From the NCBI GenBank assembly GCA_031425635.1, contig JANPJT010000221.1, positions 559 through 64,558 of the forward strand: a stretch of 64,000 nt of DNA. Direction: 5' to 3'. The stretch is from Pseudomonadota bacterium (lineage in GTDB: Bacteria > Bdellovibrionota > FAC87 > UBA2466). A program made the translations under genes and the position numbers. The notes beneath the pieces were generated by a model. The model had not been told where the DNA came from. It worked only from the letters and a program-made list of their open reading frames with translations, and made no database searches. Numbering within the stretch: the first letter of the stretch is position 1; every line of letters begins with the position of its first letter. Positions 47,087 through 56,119 of this stretch are shown one piece after another.

Positions 47087-48145
47087 ATGGGTCGCACTTT
47101 CGCGTCGGTTCTGTTGTTTCATTTCATTTTGCCACTTGCCGTGTTTGCACAAGACCCTGTCCGTCCCGCAACCTCGGGCCAACAGCCGTCGCAACGCCCG
47201 GTTACGAAAGATCCGGCGGGAACGCCCGGTTTATTCTTGGCTGAAATGGACGTAGCGGGCACTCCGAAACTCGCTGAGTATCGAAAAAAATTAGAGGAAC
47301 GCGGCATTACGATTTTGGAAGCTAACCCCATAGAAGGAGGGCGCCTCACCCGAGTGGTACTTTATATCAGCAACCGGGAACAATTGGGGCAGGCGCAATA
47401 CGATTTGGATACCCGCCTGTCGTCTACTACGTTGCCTCGCCCGGTAAATGGCCAGTTGGATACTGACTACAATCGCTTACTGCAAACTTCCACACGCGGG
47501 GTTTATGCCCGTCTCTATTACGACAGCTCCCTTGCGGAAAGCGGGAAAATCCAAGAAAGCTTCCAGGCATTTAAACAGCAGGTAAACAATTTATCGGTCC
47601 AGTTTAGCTCCGTTTACGATGCCGACGGGAAGAAGGTTTCAGCGACCCGCGCTAGTGACCGCAGCCGCGAACAATATACTTTGCCCTTCCAGGGATCGAT
47701 TGTTTACGCCATTAGAGATTTGCGGGACGCTTATCGATTTCAAATGATGGTGTCGGCATGCTCTATCGCTGAGCGAGTTGAGTTGATTGAGCCGCAACAG
47801 GCCACCCAAGGACAGCAAAGGCAAGCCGGTGCAAACGATCGTTTCATCGGGCAAAACCAAGGTTCCAACAACCCAGGTGCCGGGTACCAGAATGGGGGCT
47901 ACGAAGGCGGGAATTACCAGCAGGCAGCCGGAAATTCGTACTATGACCAGAACGGGTTAGGCAACGTATACGGACCGCAGCAAGGTTTCGGTAATAACGG
48001 ATTCGGCCAGCGACAGGGCCTCGGGTTCAATGGGTATGGCCAGCCACAGGGCGCTTACAATGGTTATGGGCAGCAGCAGGGCCGCTATAACGGTTACCAG
48101 CAGTCATTTCCGGGCAACGGCAGCGGCTATAATTATGGCAGGTAG
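47087..48145 (+). CDS. Secreted protein with ~110-aa C-terminal Q/N/G/Y-rich low-complexity domain
   Basis: Signal peptide 'MGRTFASVLLFHFILPLAVFAQD'. C-terminus made of GYQNGGYEGGNYQQ…GFGNNGFGQRQGLGFNGYGQPQGAYNGYGQQQGRYNGYQQ repeats. Confidence 0.6.
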   Translation: MGRTFASVLLFHFILPLAVFAQDPVRPATSGQQPSQRPVTKDPAGTPGLFLAEMDVAGTPKLAEYRKKLEERGITILEANPIEGGRLTRVVLYISNREQLGQAQYDLDTRLSSTTLPRPVNGQLDTDYNRLLQTSTRGVYARLYYDSSLAESGKIQESFQAFKQQVNNLSVQFSSVYDADGKKVSATRASDRSREQYTLPFQGSIVYAIRDLRDAYRFQMMVSACSIAERVELIEPQQATQGQQRQAGANDRFIGQNQGSNNPGAGYQNGGYEGGNYQQAAGNSYYDQNGLGNVYGPQQGFGNNGFGQRQGLGFNGYGQPQGAYNGYGQQQGRYNGYQQSFPGNGSGYNYGR

Positions 48146-48181
48146 GAATAGGCGCCGAGAGCGCTCGGTAACGAGGCCAGC

Positions 48182-49798
48182 ATGGCTCGTTTAGCCGCCG
48201 CTGCGTTCTTGGTTTGCATCGCATTGGTCGGGGCTGAAAAAGTTGCGCCGGCTACGCTCTCTCTCAACGGAGAGCCCCTGTTTACTTTTCGCGACATGGT
48301 CGGTTCGATCCCTCCCGTCGAGCGAGTCCGGTTAATCACGGCTCGGCTCGAGCGGCTCCTTTCCGACCCGATTTTCGATGTGGAAAGCCTTCACCCGCAT
48401 CAAGAGCCAGGGGTTGGTTGGGGGGTCCTGCAGAGCGAGGAGTTGCTGCTCGTAGTCACTCCGAAAGATGCGGCTGCGGAAGGCAAGACCGAGAAAGTAA
48501 TCGCAGAAAGGATCGCGTCTAGAGTTAAAGAAATCATTGCAGCAGATCGTTTGGCCAAGAGTCCCCGCCAACTTCTGATCCGTTCTCTTTACGCAGCACT
48601 CTACAGTTTTGGTCTTTTCCTGGTCCTCTGGGGAACGAGCCGTCTGGGCCGGTTCTTGGTGAGGAGAATCCGGCTATGGGAAGGCACTTTAATCCGCTCG
48701 GTACAAATCAAGTCCTTTGAGGTTCTTCCTGCTGCACGGATCATGAAAGTGAGTTTGTGGCTCATCGGAGCGGCACGTGTCGCTTTAATGCTCGTCGCCA
48801 TTTACTTTTATCTGCCTATCGTCTTGGGGCTTTTCCCGTGGACCGCTCAGTACAGCACGTTGCTTTTGAGCTACGTCACCAATCCAGTGCGCGAAACTCT
48901 CGCCGCCATGGTCGCGTTCATCCCAAACCTTTTTTTTATAGCCGTTAACGTCACTTTCACTTGGTATGTCCTGAAAATTTTGCGCGCGTTTTTCTCAGAG
49001 ATAGAGGCCGGGCGACTGAATTTCGGCGGCTTTTACTCTGACTGGGCAAAGCCCACTTTCCAACTTATCCGAATTTTGGTTCTTGCTTTCACTTTGGTGA
49101 TCATCTTTCCGTATATTCCCGGTTCTAACTCCCCAGCTTTTCAAGGAGTATCGGTTTTTATTGGTATCCTCGTTTCTTTTGGTTCAAGCTCGGCGATGGC
49201 CAATGTAATTTCCGGTTTAGTCCTTACTTATATGCGATCCTATCGTTTGGGTGACCGTGTGAAAATAGCGGATACAATGGTCGATGTTATCGAGAAGTCG
49301 CTTCTCGTTACCCGTATTAAAACGGTAAAGAACGTCGAAATCACGATACCCAACGCCATCGTGCTCAATAGCCATCTGGTTAACTTCAGCACCTCGGCTC
49401 TCACTGATGGTTTAATTTTGCACACCGAAGTCACGATTGGGTACGACGCCCCTTGGAGAAAAGTCCATGAGCTTTTGATCAACGCAGCGATGCAAGCCGA
49501 GGGAGTGTTGAAAGAGCCTGTCCCGTTTGTTTACCAAACTAGTTTGGATGACTTTTATGTTCGCTACCAAATTAATGCCTACACTCGCGAATCCAATCGG
49601 ATGGCTGCCATTTATTCGCGGATCCACCAGAATATTCAGGACGCATTCAATGAGGCTGGCGTCGAAATTATGTCTCCGGCATACACCTCGGTACGGGATG
49701 GGAACTCCACCACTATTCCATTAGAGGCACGGGCCCCGGGCTACGAAGCTCCAAGTTTTCGACTGGGCCATTTTGAAGAGGGTAAGGGCAAAATCTAG
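48182..49798 (+). CDS. MscS-family mechanosensitive channel with N-terminal periplasmic extension
   Basis: 538 aa. Signal/TM, several TM helices, then the conserved MscS pore-helix/beta-domain region ('GSSSAMANVISGLVLTYMRSYRLGDRVKIADTMVDVIEKSLLVTRIKT'). Confidence 0.8.
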   Translation: MARLAAAAFLVCIALVGAEKVAPATLSLNGEPLFTFRDMVGSIPPVERVRLITARLERLLSDPIFDVESLHPHQEPGVGWGVLQSEELLLVVTPKDAAAEGKTEKVIAERIASRVKEIIAADRLAKSPRQLLIRSLYAALYSFGLFLVLWGTSRLGRFLVRRIRLWEGTLIRSVQIKSFEVLPAARIMKVSLWLIGAARVALMLVAIYFYLPIVLGLFPWTAQYSTLLLSYVTNPVRETLAAMVAFIPNLFFIAVNVTFTWYVLKILRAFFSEIEAGRLNFGGFYSDWAKPTFQLIRILVLAFTLVIIFPYIPGSNSPAFQGVSVFIGILVSFGSSSAMANVISGLVLTYMRSYRLGDRVKIADTMVDVIEKSLLVTRIKTVKNVEITIPNAIVLNSHLVNFSTSALTDGLILHTEVTIGYDAPWRKVHELLINAAMQAEGVLKEPVPFVYQTSLDDFYVRYQINAYTRESNRMAAIYSRIHQNIQDAFNEAGVEIMSPAYTSVRDGNSTTIPLEARAPGYEAPSFRLGHFEEGKGKI

Positions 49799-49815
49799 AA
49801 AAGCAATTTGGCAGG

Positions 49816-50982
49816 CTAAATAACAAACAACGCCGGCCAAATCCCCCAACTGGCAGCAAACAAGACCCACCAAAACCAGGGAATGGCTAAAGGCTCCGCT
49901 TCCGCGGGTTTCAACGCTATGAGGATTGTGCTCGCTGAAGCAAAAACGGCGGGGATCCAAGACAGCCCTAATGCAAGAGATTCGGGCCGTGCCAAGGAGA
50001 GGATTTCGAGACGGCCCCAAAAAGCCCCGGTTAATGGCAGCCCGGTGAGTCCGGCAAGAGCACAAAAGTAGGCAAGTCCCAGGGAGGGGTGGCGAAAGAA
50101 AAGGCCCACGTAGGCAGTGTCTTTTCTTTCTCCATAAGCCCGTTCGATCCGTTCCGAACAAAAGCAGAAGAGAAAAATGGCGACGAGGTTCGAAGCGGTA
50201 AAAAGAAAAACGGAGCCCTCGTCCGGCTGCTGGCACCAAAGCCACAAGATCCAGCCACCGTGCATCAAAGTAGCAAACGCCAAAAAGGAACGCGGGTTCC
50301 GATTCGACACCAGCCCCACGCTACCGACCCAGCTGGATACCAAAGCCAATACCAAGAAGAAATCTCGCCATTGCCCAAAGGTCGGTTGAACAACCGCATC
50401 GAAAAAATTCCAACCGAAGACCATGGCGGGCAGGCTGATCACGCTCCACGCAAAAGCAGAAACTTCCCAAGGGCTGCTCCCCAATCGGTCAAAAAAACTG
50501 AGGTGGAAGGGGATAACGACAAGTCGGGAAAAAAGAGCTGCCAGGCAGAGAGCCATCCCCGAAAAATAAAGCAGCTCAGAGTGTAGGTTTTCGGCTGCTA
50601 CCAGCTCTTTGATCGCGGGCAACGATAAAGTGTGGAATTCGGCAAACAAAAAGGCGATTCCGAGAGCGAGCAAAAGGAGCGATAAAAAATCTCCAAAGTA
50701 CATGCTAAGCACACTGCGCCGCAAAGTGAGGGAAGTCTTTCTTGGCAAAGAAAGAAAAGTCAGAGGGATGGAAACCAACATCCAACTACTCAAAACAATC
50801 AAAAGATCGCTCGTACTCACTATCGCCATTGCGCCAAGGGCCGAAAGAAACAGCAGGAGATAAGTGCGTTTTCGATCTTTTCTATGAGAAAGCGAAAAAA
50901 AGGTAAGTACCAACGCTGCAGCGATGAGAGCACCCCAAAGAGGGACCCAAACGGAGTCACGCAAAAATAAAAACTCGTTCAT
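49816..50982 (-). CDS. Divergent complex-I/Mrp antiporter-like membrane subunit (NuoN/ND2-like), third of three
   Basis: 'NPRSFLAFATLMHGGWILWLW' resembles the PF00361 block 'KRLLAYSSISHMGFVLL'. 'LAGLTGLPLTGAFWGRLEIL' resembles 'G.PPl.GF.sK'. Start set at the ATG overlapping the upstream stop; the alternative is 51012. Confidence 0.45.
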   Translation of the reverse strand: MNEFLFLRDSVWVPLWGALIAAALVLTFFSLSHRKDRKRTYLLLFLSALGAMAIVSTSDLLIVLSSWMLVSIPLTFLSLPRKTSLTLRRSVLSMYFGDFLSLLLLALGIAFLFAEFHTLSLPAIKELVAAENLHSELLYFSGMALCLAALFSRLVVIPFHLSFFDRLGSSPWEVSAFAWSVISLPAMVFGWNFFDAVVQPTFGQWRDFFLVLALVSSWVGSVGLVSNRNPRSFLAFATLMHGGWILWLWCQQPDEGSVFLFTASNLVAIFLFCFCSERIERAYGERKDTAYVGLFFRHPSLGLAYFCALAGLTGLPLTGAFWGRLEILSLARPESLALGLSWIPAVFASASTILIALKPAEAEPLAIPWFWWVLFAASWGIWPALFVI

Positions 50983-52130
50983 AGATTCCGCACCGTCATT
51001 GCTGCTACGCAAAGAGCTAAGCCGAGGGCAAAAGCAAGTGCACCGATGTCTTTGGCGGCAGTTAGCTCCGAAGGTTCACTCAAGAAAAGTGGCAGCAGGA
51101 GTTTAAGGCCGCTCACAGCGAGGCAACTCCAGGCCGTCGCAACCAAAACCAAAATCCAAGGGTGGGAGGCTGCAGCGGGGGCTTTGGGAAACCCTAAAAC
51201 CCCACCAAAACTGAACAGGGCCAAAACCGAAGCGAACGGCAACTTCCGGAAAGTGCCCCCATCGCCCGGGCTGTGGCGCTCAATCCAATCGATCACCAAC
51301 GCAAAAATCGAGGCACTCAGGGCCGCGCCGCCCACATACCCCACGCCCGATGGCGAACCGCTAAGCACCCCTAAAAGTGAAAAACTAACAGAGATCGAGA
51401 TGGCAGCAGCCAACCAGTCGCTCCACCGGCGGGACTGCCATGCAAGCCAGGCCCCAAACAGATGGCAGAAACCCACGGCAAAGATCGGCCAGCCGTTGCA
51501 GAAAGCAGGATCGATAGGGCTCTTCTTCACCACCCACTGCGACAGAAGAGGCCCCAGTCCCAGAGCGAGTATTTTTGCGGGCAGGTTTCGCCCTTGGAGG
51601 AGCGCTCGGAGGCCCGGCGAAGCAGGGGCAACAGGGCCCAAAAAAGCAGCCGCGATTAGAACTAAAGCCATTGCGGGTGCCGACCCAGCTGGTAGGGCAG
51701 AAGACAGGACAAGGAGAAAACTGCCGAGCAGGGCCAAAGCCGAAACCTCGGACAGCTTTTCGCTTACGTTGACCCCTACTAAAATAAAAAGCAGAAAAGA
51801 GTAAGCGGCAATGCTGACTGCGAATGCTTGAAGGTCAGTTGCAGTGAAGAGAAGGGCCAAGCAGAGTTGGCAGCTCGCCAAGCAGAAAGACTGTATTTTT
51901 GAGGGGAAATGTTTGCTCTTCAGAACGGCAAGGAACGCAACCGCCCCAGCAAGCAGGGCAAAGGTTTTCTCCTCTCCGGTGGTCGTTGTTCCGTCAGGAA
52001 AGTTTAACGCGAGATAAACTAAAATCCCAGTAAGGATCACCCAGCGCGCAAGGGCCGGCGAAAGAAACAGAGCACCCAGTAGGCCCGTGATAGGTAAAAG
52101 CATGTGCCAGTCGTTTAAGATGAGCGCCAT
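50979..52130 (-). CDS. Polytopic membrane protein, probable antiporter-like subunit (very divergent), second of three
   Basis: 383 aa, about 12 predicted TM segments, A/L/G/S-rich. Weak 'LALFSFGGVLGFPKAP' block. Start abuts the stop of the upstream gene. Confidence 0.35.
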   Translation of the reverse strand: MALILNDWHMLLPITGLLGALFLSPALARWVILTGILVYLALNFPDGTTTTGEEKTFALLAGAVAFLAVLKSKHFPSKIQSFCLASCQLCLALLFTATDLQAFAVSIAAYSFLLFILVGVNVSEKLSEVSALALLGSFLLVLSSALPAGSAPAMALVLIAAAFLGPVAPASPGLRALLQGRNLPAKILALGLGPLLSQWVVKKSPIDPAFCNGWPIFAVGFCHLFGAWLAWQSRRWSDWLAAAISISVSFSLLGVLSGSPSGVGYVGGAALSASIFALVIDWIERHSPGDGGTFRKLPFASVLALFSFGGVLGFPKAPAAASHPWILVLVATAWSCLAVSGLKLLLPLFLSEPSELTAAKDIGALAFALGLALCVAAMTVRNL

Positions 52131-53498
52131 TTACCACAACACCTGTGTTTTAAGGGCGGCCCAGAAAAGTAAAACAACCCCGCAGAAAAAGACGACCAGC
52201 CCGTATTGAATGGAGCCTACGTTCCAAAGCGAGAAAAAAGCCCCCAGCGATCCGGCCAATTGGAAAGGAATACGCCACAATGATTCGAGCCATTTGAAGT
52301 CGTGGGTTCGGGGAAGTCGCTCAGGAAGCCGAGGCACGCTCAAGTCCATGTTTACTTGATACCGTGGGTTTCGGCTAACGAAGCCCGCTAGCACAACGGC
52401 AAAGATCCAAGAACCAAAGAGCCAAAGCGATTGATGGGATGGACCTAGCGCCGACCCCAAAGACCCAGGTTGAAACCCCCAAAACAAAAGGCTCGCCATA
52501 GCGAAGCCCCACTCAACCTTGGGGATGTTCGCCCCCCCACTCGAAAGCGAAAGTGTAAACCGCAGCACTATATATGAAAAAAAAGCTAGGGCAGCGCAGA
52601 GGAAGGGGAAAGCCCCGGGGAACGCCCTAAGCGAAACCAAAGCGTTCGGCGAAAAAGATACCGCCAAAATCGGTCCAAGCGTCAGCCCAATAGCGCTCGC
52701 CGTGTTCGAAACGATGGCGTCATCGGCTTCGGCGTTGCGCAGGAGCGCCAAGTTTGCTGCCGCCAAAAACCCGGCGAGGGGGACAAGCCAGCCGGTAGTT
52801 ACCAAAGGGGCGATGGAAATAAACGTTAAAGTAGAGACGCTGGAGGTCAGCCGAACGAAAACCCAAGGGCTCTGTGCCTGCGCCAAACGGTAGGTACCCA
52901 TACCTACGAAACAGAGCCCGAAAAGGCAGGCCAAAATACTTTCGCTAGACCCTGCTTGTTGGAGAGGTCTAGCAAGTTGAAAAAGCGCGGCAAGTCCCAA
53001 AGGCACAACGACGTAATAAACGACTGCCTCTAGCGTGTTCACTTTTTGCGGGATTGCCCTAAGCAATAAATCTCCTACGGCGAAAAGCGCGCAAAGGGCA
53101 ACGAGCGCACTTGAAAGCTGAGAAGGGACGCTTTCCATGACTGCCCTATCCAGACCGGCCAAACTTGACCAAGATTGGACGTTAAGCCCTCCCGAGAGGG
53201 CGCTCGTGTTTACCCAAAGCGCCATGGCACTAAATACTAAACCGCCCTTCATAACGGGAAACCACTGTGCCGATGGCGTTCCGATGAAAGCAGAAGCAAG
53301 GCCAAGCAGTAGCCAGGAAGAAACGCTTCCGCTGAAACGATCCGAAAAAACCAACCCCCCCAGGCTTCCCAAGGCTCCAACGCACGCAATGAGTTCAACC
53401 CTGCCGAGGAAGGGCGAGTTTTTTTTGGCTTTCGTCATTTGCACTAAAGAAAGTCCAATGCCCACTGCCAGAGTATAAATGGCGTCCAGCTGACTCAC
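52131..53498 (-). CDS. Divergent antiporter-like membrane subunit (NuoL/M-like), first of three
   Basis: 455 aa. 'SVPSQLSSALVALCALFAVGDLLL' loosely matches '[21 protein letters not shown]'. 'LLRNAEADDAIVSNTASAIGLTLG' loosely matches the 'KRLLAYSSISHMG' block. Overlaps the upstream stop. Confidence 0.4.
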   Translation of the reverse strand: MSQLDAIYTLAVGIGLSLVQMTKAKKNSPFLGRVELIACVGALGSLGGLVFSDRFSGSVSSWLLLGLASAFIGTPSAQWFPVMKGGLVFSAMALWVNTSALSGGLNVQSWSSLAGLDRAVMESVPSQLSSALVALCALFAVGDLLLRAIPQKVNTLEAVVYYVVVPLGLAALFQLARPLQQAGSSESILACLFGLCFVGMGTYRLAQAQSPWVFVRLTSSVSTLTFISIAPLVTTGWLVPLAGFLAAANLALLRNAEADDAIVSNTASAIGLTLGPILAVSFSPNALVSLRAFPGAFPFLCAALAFFSYIVLRFTLSLSSGGANIPKVEWGFAMASLLFWGFQPGSLGSALGPSHQSLWLFGSWIFAVVLAGFVSRNPRYQVNMDLSVPRLPERLPRTHDFKWLESLWRIPFQLAGSLGAFFSLWNVGSIQYGLVVFFCGVVLLFWAALKTQVLW

Positions 53499-53773
53499 GA
53501 CTGATCGCTCCCTGAAAGTTTATGCACCAAAATCAAGCCGACCAGCGAGCTCACAGTCACTAGCCCAAAAACAAAAAGAGAAAGCACTAACCCCTCTTGT
53601 TGGCCGGTGAGCGTTGCACTAGCGGCAATGAGAGCCCCAACGCACCAACCCGAAACGCACATGCCAAGGATCGCTCGAGACAAATTCGCTTTAAGCAGCA
53701 AAGTGAGGCAACCCGCGCAAAAAAGAGTGACCAACAAGTAAGGTAACAGCACAGCCAAAACATTCAGGTTCAT
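53495..53773 (-). CDS. NuoK/MrpC-like small membrane subunit (3 TM)
   Basis: Real start at the internal ATG (MNLNVLAVLLPYLLVTLFCAGCLTLLLKANLSRAILGMCVSGWCVGALIAASATLTGQQEGLVLSLFVFGLVTVSSLVGLILV). Has the NuoK pattern of three helices, a central Gly-rich helix and 'GQ..G…LS/AA.E..iGLAL'. The ORF-track extension to 54112 is overlap artefact. Confidence 0.5.
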   Translation of the reverse strand: MNLNVLAVLLPYLLVTLFCAGCLTLLLKANLSRAILGMCVSGWCVGALIAASATLTGQQEGLVLSLFVFGLVTVSSLVGLILVHKLSGSDQS

Positions 53774-54213
53774 TCGGTTTCTTCCAAGGCAAGGGCAACA
53801 CTCCACGCCAGCAGAGCAAACAGCGCGGTTGCAATAAAATACCTTCCGAAAACGGAGCCAAAAATATCCATCAGCCCTGCGCTCGAAAAAGGGATTTCGT
53901 CTCTCGCTAAAAAAGCTTCTTGAAAAGTCCCCAAAAGCACTAGGCCTAACATCCAAAGCGCGCTGCACGCCGGCACTACGACCATCCAATCGGGCAGCGT
54001 CTCTCTCTCTTGCGGTGGGGATTTGCAAAAAGCCCCGACAGCGCCACAACTTCCTAGTAGCGCCCATCCCAAAAGCGCGCTGTCGATCGCGACTAAAATG
54101 GTAGCGAAACAAAAACCCAAGAAAAAGAACCCGTCCAAGGCTTTTGAGAAAACCGGCGCCGCAAAAAGAATCAATGCCCCGGCTAAAGCTCCGACAACAA
54201 GCAGTGCCAGCAT
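53770..54213 (-). CDS. NuoJ/MrpB-like membrane subunit
   Basis: Start at the ATG overlapping the upstream stop (TGATG). About 147 aa, 4-5 TM. 'GFFFLGFCFATILVAIDSALLGWALLGSCGAVGAF' resembles NuoJ 'G.fF.LGAyFAG.LEIIVYAGAIMVLFVFV'. Confidence 0.4.
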   Translation of the reverse strand: MLALLVVGALAGALILFAAPVFSKALDGFFFLGFCFATILVAIDSALLGWALLGSCGAVGAFCKSPPQERETLPDWMVVVPACSALWMLGLVLLGTFQEAFLARDEIPFSSAGLMDIFGSVFGRYFIATALFALLAWSVALALEETE

Positions 54214-54995
54214 CACCAAACCCAGCCTTTTAAAGTGAAAATCCAGGTGGCTAAAAGGTTTAAACTCGCAGCTGCTGCCATTTGCCAAGCCGGCCAGGGC
54301 CTTCGGAGCCGGCTTATGGCAAAGGCAAGAGCCCCCAACTTAAGGGCAAAACTGAACCACAAAAACGGAGCGCTTGCGGACTCCCCTCCGGGAATTCCCC
54401 CGCCTCCGAGAAAGACGGCTGTTTCCACCGATAGCAAAACACAAAGCGTCAGCCCTCGCGTGGATCGAGGGAACAGATCGACCCGTTCTTCATTCGCCCA
54501 TTGGGCGAGAGAGAAAAGCGAAAGAACGAAAGCGATCGGGTGAATCAAAGCCCCCCAGGCGGGCAAAACGCCCCAAAGGGGGAGGTTCTGGAGGAGCAAG
54601 ATCGTGTCGAAATCTGCCGAGCCGAAATAGGTCACTGGAGCCGCAAGGCATAAGCCCCAGGAAATCAACCATCGTCCGGAATGGAGTTTTTTCTCTTGGG
54701 CCTGCACGAGTGAAATCAGAACCCAAGCAGCGATGACCGAAGGCGCGCCGAGCGCCAATAACAAAGCGGTGAGGGGAATCCAGTGCGGGAAATCGTTTTG
54801 TGTGACGGGGGGCCTAAACCGGCCGAAGCCCCAACCGATGAGGCCAAAGGCAGCCAAAAGGCTTGCCGCGCGGTAGAGAGCTAGTTCCACTTTCTTGCCT
54901 CCGCGACGAGGAGGATGAGCAGCAAAGTCAGCCCCAAAACCCAAGGAGCGCCCATCAGCGGCTGGCCCTTGAAGGCCGTCGCCCATCCGAGGCAA
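54213..54995 (-). CDS. Polytopic membrane protein, first gene of the membrane-subunit operon (possibly shorter, GTG start)
   Basis: 260 aa in the ORF track. The N-terminal ~35 aa are not membrane-like, so the true start may be the V of VELALYRAASLLAAF. At least six TM segments. No confident family. Confidence 0.35.
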   Translation of the reverse strand: MPRMGDGLQGPAADGRSLGFGADFAAHPPRRGGKKVELALYRAASLLAAFGLIGWGFGRFRPPVTQNDFPHWIPLTALLLALGAPSVIAAWVLISLVQAQEKKLHSGRWLISWGLCLAAPVTYFGSADFDTILLLQNLPLWGVLPAWGALIHPIAFVLSLFSLAQWANEERVDLFPRSTRGLTLCVLLSVETAVFLGGGGIPGGESASAPFLWFSFALKLGALAFAISRLRRPWPAWQMAAAASLNLLATWIFTLKGWVW

Positions 54996-55126
54996 AGCAA
55001 AACAATCCCTTGGCTAAGAATTAATCGGAAAAGGCTGGCGAGATTTGAGTTCACGGTTGACGGCTAACGGTACCCTGGCAAAAGCCCAAATTCCAAGGTA
55101 AAACGCGGGGCTGGTAGGTGTAATGC

Positions 55127-56116
55127 ATGTCGTTAAATATTGCGGTTTTGGGTTCTGGAAGTTGGGGCACGGCGCTAGCGAACTTGTTTGCGCAAAGTGG
55201 CAATCAGACAGCCCTTTGGGGCCGCGACGCCCAAGTGCTTGAGTCGATAGAAAGCTCGGGCCGCAACCCGAAATACCTGGCCGGTTTAGATTTACACCCC
55301 ACGCTCAAGGTGGAACGGGAGCTAGTGAAAGCAGTGAGCGCAGCGGACGTGGTTGTGTGCTCGATCCCTACTCAAAACATCCGGGAAGTTTTTGGAAGCC
55401 TTAGCCTCGGCAGCAAGATCCTGCTCAATACCTCCAAAGGGCTTGAAGTGGGTAGCCACTTCCGAGTGAGCCAGATCTTTTCGCAACTAGCGCCTCAATG
55501 CCGTTATGGAGTCCTGTCGGGTCCCAGCTTCGCTGAAGAGCTCATGAAGAAGCAGCCCACTGCGGTGACGATCGCGAGCTTGGACAAAGAGCTAGCAGAA
55601 TCCATCCAGGGGGCGATGCGTGCGCCTTATTTCCGCGCCTACACCACCGTGGACGTTGTCGGCGTGGAGCTCGCCGGAAGCATGAAGAACGTGATCGCGA
55701 TTGCTACCGGCATCGTCAAAGGCTGCCGGCTCGGGCACAACGCACAGAGTGCCGTCATCACTCGCGGCCTTGCGGAAATTGCCCGAATGGGGAAGGCGCT
55801 AGGAGCGAGCCCGGCTACTTTCCTAGGGCTCGCAGGCGTTGGAGATTTAGTGCTCACTTGTACGGGGCCGCTCAGCCGCAATCTGCGGGCCGGGATTTTG
55901 CTGGGCGAGGGCAAGGCGCTTGGGGACGTCGTGAAAGCTCTCGGCGGGGTCGCGGAAGGGGTGTACACCACCGTTTCGGCCTTTGAACTTTCCAAAAAAC
56001 ACGGGATCGATATGCCGATATTGCGTGAAGTGTACTCCATTCTTTACGAGGGAAAATCGCCCAAAGCGTCGATAGAAGCGCTGATGGAGCGCGAACCCAA
56101 AGAAGAAGCAGTTTAG
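55127..56116 (+). CDS. gpsA: NAD(P)H-dependent glycerol-3-phosphate dehydrogenase
   Basis: 'IAVLGSGSWGTALA' Rossmann motif. 'NTSKGLE', 'GPSFAEE', and a C-terminal 'EGVYT' region. Confidence 0.9.
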   Translation: MSLNIAVLGSGSWGTALANLFAQSGNQTALWGRDAQVLESIESSGRNPKYLAGLDLHPTLKVERELVKAVSAADVVVCSIPTQNIREVFGSLSLGSKILLNTSKGLEVGSHFRVSQIFSQLAPQCRYGVLSGPSFAEELMKKQPTAVTIASLDKELAESIQGAMRAPYFRAYTTVDVVGVELAGSMKNVIAIATGIVKGCRLGHNAQSAVITRGLAEIARMGKALGASPATFLGLAGVGDLVLTCTGPLSRNLRAGILLGEGKALGDVVKALGGVAEGVYTTVSAFELSKKHGIDMPILREVYSILYEGKSPKASIEALMEREPKEEAV

Positions 56117-56119
56117 AGC

